Of a stretch of 64,000 bases of DNA, positions 50,188-62,164 are shown piece after piece. Every line of letters begins with the position of its first letter. Within the stretch, counting starts at the first letter, position 1. The notes under the pieces are model-generated. The model did not search any database. It was given only the letters and a program-made list of their open reading frames with translations, and was not told the DNA's origin. Source of the stretch: Epiperipatus broadwayi. Lineage: Eukaryota > Animalia > Onychophora. The stretch spans positions 13,020,001 through 13,084,000 of the forward strand of contig JAQFVV010000007.1 of the NCBI GenBank assembly GCA_028023455.1, written 5' to 3'. Made by a program: the position numbers and the translations under genes.

Positions 50188-52599
50188 TTAATATATATAT
50201 ATTATACTGTACAAATATTTATTTAAAAACATAAGAATATAGATTAAATAAAACAAAAGTTATGAATTAAAAGTCACTTTCAGTTCAAATTTCACATTTA
50301 TTTAATGGTAAGATTAATTGATATAGTACTCTTTTTTGTAATTAAATCAAATTTTGACTTGCTTTATTGCACATAATTTTTAAAATAAAATGCATATGTA
50401 ATAACTTTGTTTTAAAATTTGTAGAAAGTAAGACATTTTTTAATGATAACTATAGATATTATGTTATTATGTTTTCAAATAATCATTTTTATAAACTAAT
50501 TCCGTTTTTATTTAACCCTCTGGTAGGTCTGCATTTTCTGACGTTTTTCTTTACACATTCACAGTAAAATTATGTTATAAATCACCATTTAGAAAGTAAA
50601 TATTTTACTCCAAACATAATATTTTTAAAAAAAATATATTTCTAAAGATAACATCGAATAAAATTTTACCAATATTTTTCAATTCTTATAAACTTATTCA
50701 TGGAACAAGCAAATGTAAATGTGTTGCTAAAATAATTTGCAAGCTAAATTCCTAAAAAATGATTTAAATAAACATGTAAATAATGCTTATCTTTTATTAC
50801 ATCAATGATAGTCTATTTTGGCAAATGTATATTGTTAGTTTTACATATGCTATAAGCTTAAAATTATTTGTGTTCATTAAAAATTGTAAAATTTTCAATA
50901 ATTAAAAAGTTTTCACTTTCATAAACTAATAATGGCTTCAATTTTTTATTATTATATTTACTTTTTTCATCTTTTGACTCTAATGATTTTATTTCTGATC
51001 ATGTTTTTCCAACATTCACAAGTGAAAATAAAAATTATATAAATGTTTAGAACATTTATTTAAAATAGGTAAACTTTATATTAATTTATTTTCTTTCAAC
51101 AAGTAATTTCTTCATATTTATAGTATTGTCATATTCAAAGCATTTTCAAATTGTACAAATATGACAAAATTGGTCATCAAAAACATGCTAAGCAGTGCAT
51201 AAAATAAATGTAGATAATTTGCCTTTTCTGTGTAAATGAGACACAAGGTTGTAGACAGTTTATTATTTTCAATGAAATGTTTTAAATGGAAAAATATTTT
51301 ACTTTTTTTAATTTTTTTTTCATAAAATTAGCTAAATAAATATACTTAACACATTTTTGTAGGGAGAAAGCATGAAGAATTCACATACAATGCTTTTAAA
51401 ATAAATTGTTAGATGCTTTTAAATGTAAGCAATATTAGTAACTGCATTTTTACGTCATATTTAAAAGATTTGTGTTGCTGTTAAACTACTTGTAATTATA
51501 AAAGGAAATTACATTTTTATATTATGTCAAGATGAATATTTCGATATAAACATAAAATCAAAACTTTGTTTATTACTACAATATTAATTCCACTTTTAAA
51601 TATTAATTTGTAAAATAATGGCCAAGTAATATATATGTACATTAATGGGAATTTGAACCCAGACTTTCAAATCCTCTTTAACTGCATCTCATTTAAGTGT
51701 ATACCCTATACTCCTTACATGTATTTATCTATATTATATGTTTTTGTATATTGTGCATTTACATGTCAGATCTGTATAAATTGACTAAATTCAGTTAATA
51801 TTATATATCTTTATCAATGTTATTATTAGATAAATATTTGAAAATAAATTATTGCATAATTTAATATTTATTATCTTAGAAATTAAAGATTCCCCTAAAT
51901 AGATATCTTCTACCTAAGGCTTTGATTTAGGTATATCTATGAGGGTTTCTGATTTTTTGCAAAACGAATTGATCTTATAAAGTCCAATAATTAATTCTAT
52001 ATGTAATTTTATTTGAAATTGTACATAAAATAAATTAAAATTAATTTTAATAAATTTATTTTAAAAGTAGTATTTCAAAAACATCTTAATTATTTAATGA
52101 CTTTATCGTTTTTATGGTATGTTAGTTTTAGAAATATAATAATATTTTTTTATTTATTATACAAATTATTGTAAAAATTTCTACAATAATCAAATGCATA
52201 AAAAAGTAAATAGGGTGCTTGGAATTAAGCACTTTTTTTTTTACTTGAAAAAATTAAATGTATTAAGAATTTATATTATTTCATCAAAATTAAAAGTTTG
52301 TTTTAGAATATACATATTTTTAAGAATCAAAAGTTTATTTTACTAAGATAAACTTCTGTTAAATCTTTATTTGCATTAGTGTTTTTATGTTGAATATTTA
52401 TGTTTTTAAAGATAATATTTATTTTGTATCAATATTTATTAGGTAATAAATAGCTAATTCTGTATTTGCATACTGTATTTCATTTTAAATATTAGGTAAT
52501 CTTTTTTTTTATAAAAAATATTTTTATTAGGCTTTTTTATAACAAACTTGAAAAATAAATAAATTTGAAATTTATGTAGATATTATGTAGTACATCATC

Positions 52600-53110
52600 A
52601 AAGTAAAGAGAAATACAATGGCATATAAATTATAAAAGGCACATCTTGCAAATACCCCACCAACAAATAGACAAATCAACAATGTACAGATTACAAAAGA
52701 TGCATCTTATAAATACATAGCAAAGGGATATAAAAAAATAAAAATGAAAAAAAAAAAAACTATCTATTTATAATGGGGTCAGAAGATAAACTAGGTTCTT
52801 TGCAGCATCAACAAAGTCTGGAGAGGCAAACACCCTGTTTTTGGCTTTAATTTTTGAAATGTTATTGTGAGACAATGATTGTAATTTTTTAGATATGGAA
52901 TTGAAGCAAAAATGGCATTTTAGAGCCCAAAGGTTAAACATAAAAAGAAAGTAACCTTAATTGAATGGAAAAGGCCCTGTTCCATGCTATCAGCAATAGT
53001 AGAAAAAGAGAAAGTGTGTGATTTAGTAATTGACTCAATGATATTTGTATAAGTAAGAAATCAGGACACTGAAATAAAAGTCATGCATTGTTTCTTGGTA
53101 ATATTTATAA
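52600..53110 (-). mobile_element. Decayed L1/Tx1 ORF2 3' end
   Basis: QETMHDFYF.CP and ..LWAL...AIF remnants, similar in pattern to 36830-37378. Confidence 0.5.
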
Positions 53111-53749
53111 ATTATCCACCTTCAATATTTTTTAATTTCACATTTAAAATACAAATTCAATTCATTTTAAAGTTTGTAAGTTATTGATGATAATTTATGT
53201 CTGTACACATTGTGACCCATGAAAATGTTGCTGATTCTATTTTCAGGTTCCCTGAAACTCCATCTTTACCTCAACATATATGCACCACGGTGAGGTTAAT
53301 TAGTCACTGCAAGGTATTAAAGGTGCTTGTATATATAGATTATGAATTATAGAATGAAATGTGATAATGTGTATTGTACATTGACACAATGAAATATGCT
53401 AACATTAATTATCTTTTAATATGGGTAAAACTTCTACTTAAATATTAGAAATAACTCAAACTGTATTTAGTAGTGAATTCATGAATTGCAAGTATGTTTT
53501 TCAAGTAACTTTTGAGATTTTATGATGGAGGAGAGATCACTGAAGTTGAGTGGAGAAGATATTTTAAATCATAATGCAGTCATATTGAAATCTTCAAATT
53601 TATGTGGCAAATAGTTATTCTATGTCATTAAATGCCTTTTTATGCACTAAGATATTCTTTTGTCATTGGCATTGTTAAAAAATGGTTTTGTGATCTTGCA
53701 TATTGTGATCTAGATTTATTTTATAATAATTCAATGATTTTTTTTCAAA

Positions 53750-54620
53750 GATTCTTCATTTGATTGCTAGTAAATATAAGGATAAGATGGATCTTTATGT
53801 TGTTACCATATTTATTCTATATTGTAATGATTTTACAATGAGAAAGGCCTAGATAGTTTTCAGAGAGGGGAGCTTCTATTTTGGATGAAGATTACAGATT
53901 CTGGTAGTATATATAGATAAGAGCAAGGGCAGAATTTGTATTAAGACTAAATACAAGCAAGACAATAGTAATGAAATTATCTGGGAAAATAATAACATTT
54001 TAGGATGTTCAACTGGAATTGCTTTTAGAATTTATCTATCAGGGCCTCAAAATAAATTAAGTTAGAAAATTACTATTGGCAGTAAAAATATTTAGTACTT
54101 AACTGCCTAAATGGGCAAACACAGATATTAGTATGCAGACAAAGTGTAAAGTATCGAAAACTTAGATATGAACTATCAGAATGTATAGATGTCAACATGA
54201 ATTTTGAGAAATTCAATGCAGGGACAGAATTGATGCTTTTAAAATGAAATCATTTTGAGCTGATTCTTGAAGTGTCTAGAACAGCTAAGTGAATGGGATT
54301 GAATAAAGGCAAGTACACAGAGATAATGTTTGGAAATGGTGAAGTGAAAAAATATCTATCTTTGGACATTAAAATAAGGGATATCATGATTGGAGTTATA
54401 AAAGGGTCAAGGAAAAGAGGATGACCAAGTATGTCATGGAAGAGTAGAATCTCTACAGTTAGAAAAGATTATCATGACTGGAATTGTAAATAAGTCAAGA
54501 AAAAGAGGCTAATTAAGACTGTCATGGATCTTAGAATAGATAGAGTTAACACTATTAGAAACATTCAGAAATGGATAAAATGACTTGGAAGTAGTTCATC
54601 CACATTCTTGCTCACAATCA
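53750..54620 (+). mobile_element. Decayed RTE-like LINE remnant with internal duplication
   Basis: Two copies of a G.RKRG.P..SW-like segment (ggtcaaggaaaagagg...tgtcatgga / agtcaagaaaaagagg...tgtcatgga); purine-rich ORF2-like composition. Confidence 0.5.
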
Positions 54621-55429
54621 AGGTGATGAATTAGTAACATGAAGATGATTTTGTGAAAGCATAATGATAAAAAGGGATTCCCTTGTTTAGTTTTCTTTAT
54701 TGGCTTAAAAATCTGTACTTTATTCTGACATAAGAGTTACATAACAAAATAATATAAATTATATAATAAAGTGGTTCCACTATGCATATATGAAATCAGT
54801 AACAGTATTCTATTTTTCTAATACTGATTATGAATTGCAAGAATATTGTTTATGATAAAAAACATACTATAATAATGATTATGAACAAGTCAAATAATTA
54901 TTATAGGGCTCACTTGCCAAGATATAAGTTATTTATTCAACTATGAAAAAATAATTATTTAATGAGAGGGAAAAGGGTTTAAAAATTATATTTGGCATGT
55001 ATTAAAAAAATCCCATAATAGTAAAATGAAGCTATCAAAATTCCCTAAAAAAAATTTCTTCTATATTTAATTGTTGGAATGTGTTGACTCAGTTTTAATA
55101 AATTTAATTATTTAATATTTAAGAGAGAATGTACCATCTATATAAAAAAAATTTTCATGAAATTAAGTACTGATCAGGCATCCACAATTGGAAAATAATC
55201 CTAGCATTTGTTTCCAGCCCCATAAATATTTCAGGGTTTTTATTAATTAAATAAAGTTTTCAGTTAACATATAACTGAAAAATATTTTTCTCATTTTAAA
55301 TTGTCTTTATAATCTACAACTATTGAATTATAAATCAGTAATCATACAAGGCAATATTTGCTAACGTTTGAATTTTTTTTAACTTTTAAACATCTTCATA
55401 TTTATTTCAAAATATATGCCTAAAATTAA

Positions 55430-56760
55430 TATATATGTCAGACTATTTTCATCATTCATTAATGAGTGTTAAATGTATAGAAAAATGTAAACTTTTCAAA
55501 TACAAACAACTTGTAGAATAACACATGTTAGTAATTACACAACATTCTGAGTAGTAGTATTCTCCAGTCTTCTTCTGGTGTTATTGGATTGTCAGTGATA
55601 AGATTAGCATAGGAGTCAAACAAACACTATGAGATTTTTGAATATTGAAGGCAAGGATCTAACCAACTGAGCTATTTTGTCCAAGACAACAATCAATAGA
55701 AATTTCATATACTTATCTATGAGGACTGATTCAAATCCTCCTGATTTCTCCAAATTTTAAAAATATTTTTCTATGTGAATGGTTAATTAGAGGTTACCAA
55801 TCATTATTTATTGCCACACTGGATTGACTTATATTATTATTTGTCATTATCATATGAGCAGCTTCTTTGAATTTTTTTCCTTGCATCTTTTCCTCTCCAA
55901 TATTTCTGTATGTTCCCAATTGAACATGTGTTCATTAGTACACTCATGGTCTGTTATTGTAGACACATCTGTTTTTTTCTCGTTTAACCATTAGTTTATG
56001 TTCTTTCAATCTCTGTTCAACAGGGCAACAGGTATTACCAATATACTTCCTTATACATTCACATGGTATTTTATAAATGCAATTTTTATTTTCATCATTT
56101 CCAGTCTAGGCTTTGTAGAAGTTAGAATTCCTTGAAGTTTAGTATGGCTTTGGAAATCTGTTTTAAAGTTATATTGTCTGCAGATTTTCTTTAATTTGTT
56201 TGCCATTCTTGGTATGTATGGACATGCTACAGTACCAATAATTGATTTTTATTTACATGTCTCTTGTTGTTGTTCATAAAAGGGTTTTTCAATGACAGCT
56301 GGTTGCCAAACAAACTTTTTTGAATTGTTCCATATCAATAATATAATTTCATGTTTTGTGCTTCTGATATGATTGGATGTATATGTCAAGTACATGCACT
56401 GTGTGTTGGTTTCTTATAAACTGTTATTTTACTTGGGAGTCTTGTCATGAGGACATCTAAGAATGTCAATTTTGTTGATATTCTGATTCCATTGTGAATT
56501 TTATTGAAGGAGATATGTTGTTGATTTGCTTCCAGAATGACGGTAATCTTGCTTCACCATGTTGCCATACCACAAATATTCCATCAACACAATGAAGCCA
56601 CACTTTAGGATGAAATGGAGTAGAATATATGACCATAATTTCAGCTTCTTTCATGTAAATATTGCTCAGCATGGGGGTCAGTGGTGATCTCATGACCATT
56701 CTTTGATTTTGTTGGATGAATCCTGAGTTGTGAAAGTACATTGTTGTTAGGCCTTGAATT
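55430..56760 (-). mobile_element. Decayed PLE family 2: RT C-half + GIY-YIG + tRNA-like head + HHR + tail
   Basis: MRSPLTP..SNIYM, WLHCVDGIFVVWQHG, IKFTMESE, LDVL..., VYKKPTH, CPYIP, CIYKIPCEC..KYIG, RLKEH, KEA; A box TAGCTCAGTTGGTTAG at 55659-55674; B box remnant 55612-55621; HHR remnant 55538-55580. Confidence 0.88.
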
Positions 56761-58679
56761 ACTATTTTAGAATATGTTTAGATATTAAGGATGATAAAAT
56801 ATTATTAAAATTTAATGTAGCTATCACTTTCTCAAGAAGTCATGTGACAACTGAGAACCAATATGTTTGGTTGAGCATAAATGGTTTCATTGGTTGAGCA
56901 CAAAGGTTTTCATTAATTAAACCATCTGATTATCAGTTTTAGTCATTTTCCTTGGCTCTGAATTGATCCAGAAATTGTTTTGCAGTTTTCTATTATTTTT
57001 CTACAATCAAACTATACATGATATATTTCCAATAGCAGTTATCTTTACTCTACTCTAGAGCCATTTACTGTTAACTCAAGTAATCATTGAGTCCATTTGG
57101 TAGATTGCTGTAAAATTGTTATCTCCTGTTTGTGGTCAGTTTCTGGATTTTGCCATCATCAGCGAAACTAAAACTTGAACTAGTATACTTATGCACTATA
57201 TTTTGTTCTGTTATACTTTTTAATCTATTAATCTGAAATTAGTATTTTTTTCAGCTAATGCACATTCTCATTTGATTATTCATTTTTTTCTAGAACCCTC
57301 AACTATAAACTTGAATAATGAATGAATTCCAGATGGTATATTACTATAAAATTTTAATCTTCACTTAATGAAGACAGCAACAAGAAACAAATTGATTTGA
57401 AAATAAGTAATTTTTAGTACCACATGATCTGGTGTTTATTGATCACTCAAAATTATAATAGATGATCATAAAATAGGATAAAAAATAACTAGTTTTGAAA
57501 GCATGTGAATAAGTACATAAGTGATTAAGTGGTGAAATGTTGATAGAGGATATCTTAATTAATTTCAGAGTTCTTTGTGACTTCAAAATTAATGAGTATT
57601 ATATTTTACACAAATTGTTTAATTACCTTATTAAGAATGAATAAGTACTAATAAACTAATTGTGGGGTTCTTAGATGCCTATTTTGAAATTATCAAGTAT
57701 TTTGCCTTTATGTTTTGAACTACATATATATAAAGAAGAATATTAGATCATTATAATTAAGAATAAAAACTATTGTAAATAAATGTGTTATGGTTAAGAA
57801 TTTTAAAAGTAATCTGGATACTGTTAAAACACCAAAATGTAGAATCAATAAAAAAAGTGTCTTAAAATATACTTACAACTTTACTTACAACTTTAAGAGA
57901 AGATATAAACAGATCGAGTTTTTTTTTAAAAACGAAAGCATAAAGTGAAAAAGGTTTTTACTGAAGAGAAATAATCTTTGGCACTAATTCAAAACATCTC
58001 AAATTTACAGTGATTTCTATGTTATTGTGAAATTTTGAGTTTTGCTAAAAATACAGGTTTTTCTAAATTCCTAAATGATTGTAAAGAATTCCCATATGTA
58101 TAAATAATAATCTGGTAAAATGTTATTTAATTGTATGATGTTTGTGTTCAGTCATATCATCTATTTAAACATGAGCTCGATCATCTGTAATCAATTGACA
58201 AATCAGATTAAAATATATAAGATTCTAAAATAATTCTGAGACTGAATGATTTGAGGGCTTAAATATAAACTATTAGATTCTTTGAAGTCTTTTATACTTT
58301 GAATTGTACCATTAAAATAAGTCAGCACAGAATAATCATTATGAAATCTTTAGTCCAATAGGACTATTTTGTTGGAAATAAAAATACCTAAAAAAACTGA
58401 GAATACTGCTAAACTTGCATAGACTATATATTTCATTTGAAAACATTTTAAATATCCAGTTGAAACTGTCATGTAACTCTGTGATGAAAGAACTATTACT
58501 GAGATAGGTGGAATATTATAGTGTTAACATCATATAATATTTTATTGACAAAATGATGTAATATTTTTCTAAATCAAGTTTTGTATCTTAGTAAGATAGT
58601 TATCTCTTGATTTATTTAGATATCTTAAAATATCTCAGTGCAAATCATATAATACCTTAAAAAATCATCTTCTTGAAAG

Positions 58680-58890
58680 ACTTATGTCATATCATATTTT
58701 ATTAAAAGTGTCACATGACCTTTTAACAACTTATCACATGCCATATGACTTTCTCAATAATGTATTACATGACTCTCAGCAAGATATCACATGACTGTTT
58801 CAATAAGTTATCACATTATTATCTCAACAAAATATCACATGATTTTCCTCAAAATAACTACTTCGTGAGTCATGTGATACTTTTTTAGAA
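58680..58890. repeat. Degenerate minisatellite of about 22 bp built on ATCACATGA
   Basis: About 7 direct units (tatcacatgact.tctcaa.aa) followed by an inverted unit (gtcatgtgata). Confidence 0.75.
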
Positions 58891-59709
58891 AAATCAAGTA
58901 GGCATTTTGTTGGAAGCCATTTGATACCTATTTCATAATTATGAGTTGTTTTGTTGGCTTATCCAAATCTGTCTTCAGAAAGCCTGATTAATATTTTTTT
59001 AAATAATATTTTGCCTATTTATGCATTAGTTTTTAGTATTTACCAATGAGTTAAATTTTTTTAGAAGTGTTTTTAATGTATATATTAATTATTATTATTT
59101 ATTACAATATTATTCCGTCGTTTTACTAAAAGTCGAGTTATATTGTTAATTACACTTGTTTTAACACATTAAAATTCTAATTATCTCCCTTATAAAATTC
59201 AATTTTAGTTATTTAGGATCTACTTTTCTATATGATTAATTTGTGGTTAACTTTGTGATGGGGAGGGGGGGGGTAACGAACTTGCAATTTTAATTTTTAT
59301 TTTGTAAAAGAAATAGTTTGTGTATTTATTTATTTATTTTTAAAAAGTTAAACTCATAAACATATTTAAGTTCACAAATATATGCAACTTTCTCAAAATT
59401 AATATTAAAATTAGAAGCATTAATTCTAATTTAAAATTTAAATTAAAGTGATATCATTGAGTCGGATTTATTTTTAAATATAATATTAGCGTCAACATGA
59501 TGACTTCGCCTACAAATTACTGTCAAAAAGAAGAGATGGCTGTCTCATGTAATTAGACTGGATTTAATTAAATATTCTTTTAAAATTTTAATCAATACTA
59601 AAGTAGTTGTTAATGTAATTACTTTTTATTTTTATTAGTAATGCTATAAAACATTATTATTCTTTATTATTATTCAGAATCGAATCGTATATTGCTTAGG
59701 AGTTCATAA

Positions 59710-59800
59710 GATGTTGGTCAACAGGTCTAGGCTGTGAACCTTCGATCTTGACCTCCAGAGTTTGCTACTCAACTACTGCAACAAAGCACACAGAAAAAAA
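59710..59800 (-). mobile_element. Possible tRNA-derived SINE remnant
   Basis: GC-richer stretch with weak A-box and B-box-like (ggttcacagcct) spacing; single copy in the window. Confidence 0.3.
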
Positions 59801-60416
59801 AACACTGGGGCATCGAAAAAAATACATTGAATACAACAGTTAGATTCAATTTTTTCTTACTTTTTTCGATTGTGAATTAACCCTGGAACTTCTAATCAGC
59901 TAATTTTTTGACAACTAATTATTTAAAAATGAGTAGACGATATTGTATTATTGTTGATTTAATGGTTTTCATGCATGCATATACGTGCATAAAACACATG
60001 ACAAATGATCAGAATACTATTTTCTATGAGTTTTCCATATTATTCAGAACATAGGTAAGATTCAACCAAAATATGGTATAATGATAAGCAAACAGACATA
60101 GAAGAATCTGAACTGAGCATGCTAATAGCTCTAACAACGTTTTATCCATAAATGCTACAAGAGAATCATTTAAAATGCCTATCTAGAAACAACCCCAAAT
60201 CGGTTTCAAGCTATTGATTATGTTTACTGGGGTGCTAGGATATATCAGATATAAGATCTAAAATACCAACTCAAAGTCAGCACTTATCTAATACTTAACT
60301 ATTAAGTAGAAAATTTGAAATTTGCAGACACCTACATGTCTTCAAATCCAGCTAACTTAAATATCTACATGGGTCTGAAAACTCTTCAGCCACACCATAT
60401 ATTACTAGCCCTAGCA

Positions 60417-60447
<31 letters not shown>

Positions 60448-60902
60448 AATAGACAAATAACTCTATCTATCCCAATGCATGATAAATATAGTTTCAGAAT
60501 TTCTTATTAAAAGGATAATAATAATCAAATGACTTTATTGCTCAGATATTTAAAAGAAGGTTGTGTGATGAACCAATGTCAATTCAGGAACTCACACTTC
60601 AGAATATGGTACCCTATGGCTGCACTAAACTATACAAGGATAGAGAGATGTTTTGAGAAAAAAATACTTGAAGGTTTTCAACTAACTTAAAAAAAAACAT
60701 TTTCATCCATACTTGAACCTTATATCATTTGCTAAGTAGTTAAATATACTAAACATTACACAATGTGGCAATATAAACAGTCACCAAAAATTAAGATGGC
60801 AATTTCAATTTTAAAAAAGAAAGAGAAAGAAAAAATACTACTCTAGAAATAAATCCCAGATATGTCCACATATAGATTATTCTAACCCATATTTCTGCTT
60901 AC

Positions 60903-61143
60903 TTGGTGTTTTATGATATGGTCTTTTAGTTTTCTCAGCAAAAAACTTTTCATTATTATATTCTTCAACACCATGTCTGATCATGTATTTTATACTATGG
61001 TATGCCTTCCAATGATTACAATCAACATTGGACTTCGTTAAGTTGTCTTTAAAGTAATTCTTATAATTGTAGACATGATCTACCTCTCTTAAAAAATCCA
61101 TACTCAAGTTCACTATAAAACAGCCTTTTAAAAAATCTTCCAT
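60903..61143 (-). CDS. Candidate first coding exon of an unidentified host gene (MEDFLKG...HKTP, phase 1)
   Basis: Acceptor atactttccttag at 61169; ATG in aaacaATGG context; 80 open codons with balanced composition; donor CCAA|gtaagc at 60902; other frames are closed. Confidence 0.55.
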
Positions 61144-61467
61144 TGTTTATTCATTCTACATATACCACCTAAGGAAAGTATAAAATATTCACCAGCCATA
61201 TTTATTACTGATTTTTTTATATTATATTAAATTAAGTTTATTCCAGAGTATTTTGATTGTATATAAATACATGAAATCAGTCAGCCCAATATAAATCACT
61301 ATCAACAATCACAAAATGTCATTAAGGCAATCTCCTTTAAACAAAAAATGTGGAAGTTCACCTTTATATATGCCTAATATGTTTACATAGGCACTAAAAT
61401 TGCAGCTTGACTTATTCATATATAATATCAGATGATAATCACCAAATATATTAATATTAGACACTTG

Positions 61468-62164
61468 GCATCACATGATCATTTTTATGCTTGCTCCAGC
61501 TGTTAAGGTGGCTACTGGAGGATCACATTAGATCCTAAGGTCTAGGTGCAGTTTTCTCAAATCCAAGGCTTCTCACTGATGAAAGCCACAAGCCAGAAAC
61601 TAGTCTGAAGATATTGGATGAGTAGGAATTAGATAGTGATCTTATGCACAAACCTTCTTGCATCCATTGATTACTCTGGCTTTCACTGAGTGGCACTACT
61701 GTATGAAGAGTTTTGACAATTTTTACAGCTTGAGTAGGCATAAAAGATGGTAATCATGTGATGTTTAGTGGTTTTAATACCAACCCTGCCTAATAGAAAA
61801 GTGGTGGCTATGTTTATTAAAGAAACAAAGACACCAAAATGTATGGATTCTGAACTGAGTTCAGATCTATATGACTATTAAGCTAATGAGATTGGGTTGA
61901 AAATATTATTGTGTTTCAATTTATACCCATAGTTTTGTAGTTAAGTAGAGATAAAAGGTGGTTGCATTAGATCCTAAGATCTTGGTGCAGTGCTCCCAGA
62001 TCCAATGCTCCTGATTGATGAAATCCATAAGTTAGAAACTAGTCTGGGGATATTGGATGAGTAGGCACTGGATAGGGATTTTATATACAAACCTTCTTGC
62101 ATCTATTGATTACTCTGACTTGCACTGAGTGGCACTACTGTATGGAGAGTTTTGCTTGTTTGTG
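61468..62164. mobile_element. HHR family 3 insertion: short minus arm + about 1.5 tandem 439-bp monomers, 12-bp TSD ATTAGACACTTG
   Basis: cattagatcctaag at 61526 and 61965; HHR cores at 61576 and 62015; TSD at 61456-61467 and 62165-62176. Confidence 0.88.
61573..61608 (+). ncRNA. Minimal type-I HHR, family 3 (best preserved); predicted cleavage after C61605
   Basis: tca CTGATGA A AGC CACAA GCC A GAAAC TA GTC tga; helix I tca/tga covaries with cca/tgg at 21807. Confidence 0.75.

Noticed and set aside
53248-53290. Plus-strand 43-nt exon (FPETPSLPQHICTT)
   Set aside because: Splice signals are plausible, but no partner exons or recognisable protein; an overlapping minus-strand candidate has stops in all frames.
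57100-57235. FADD-containing minus-strand frame as an RT remnant or host exon
   Set aside because: Only 37 codons, no other RT motifs, and its phase is incompatible with the upstream candidate exon.
58925-58982. Minus-strand exon 2 candidate (SFLKTDLDKPTKQLIIMK*)
   Set aside because: In-frame TAG at the putative donor and a weak acceptor; unsupported.
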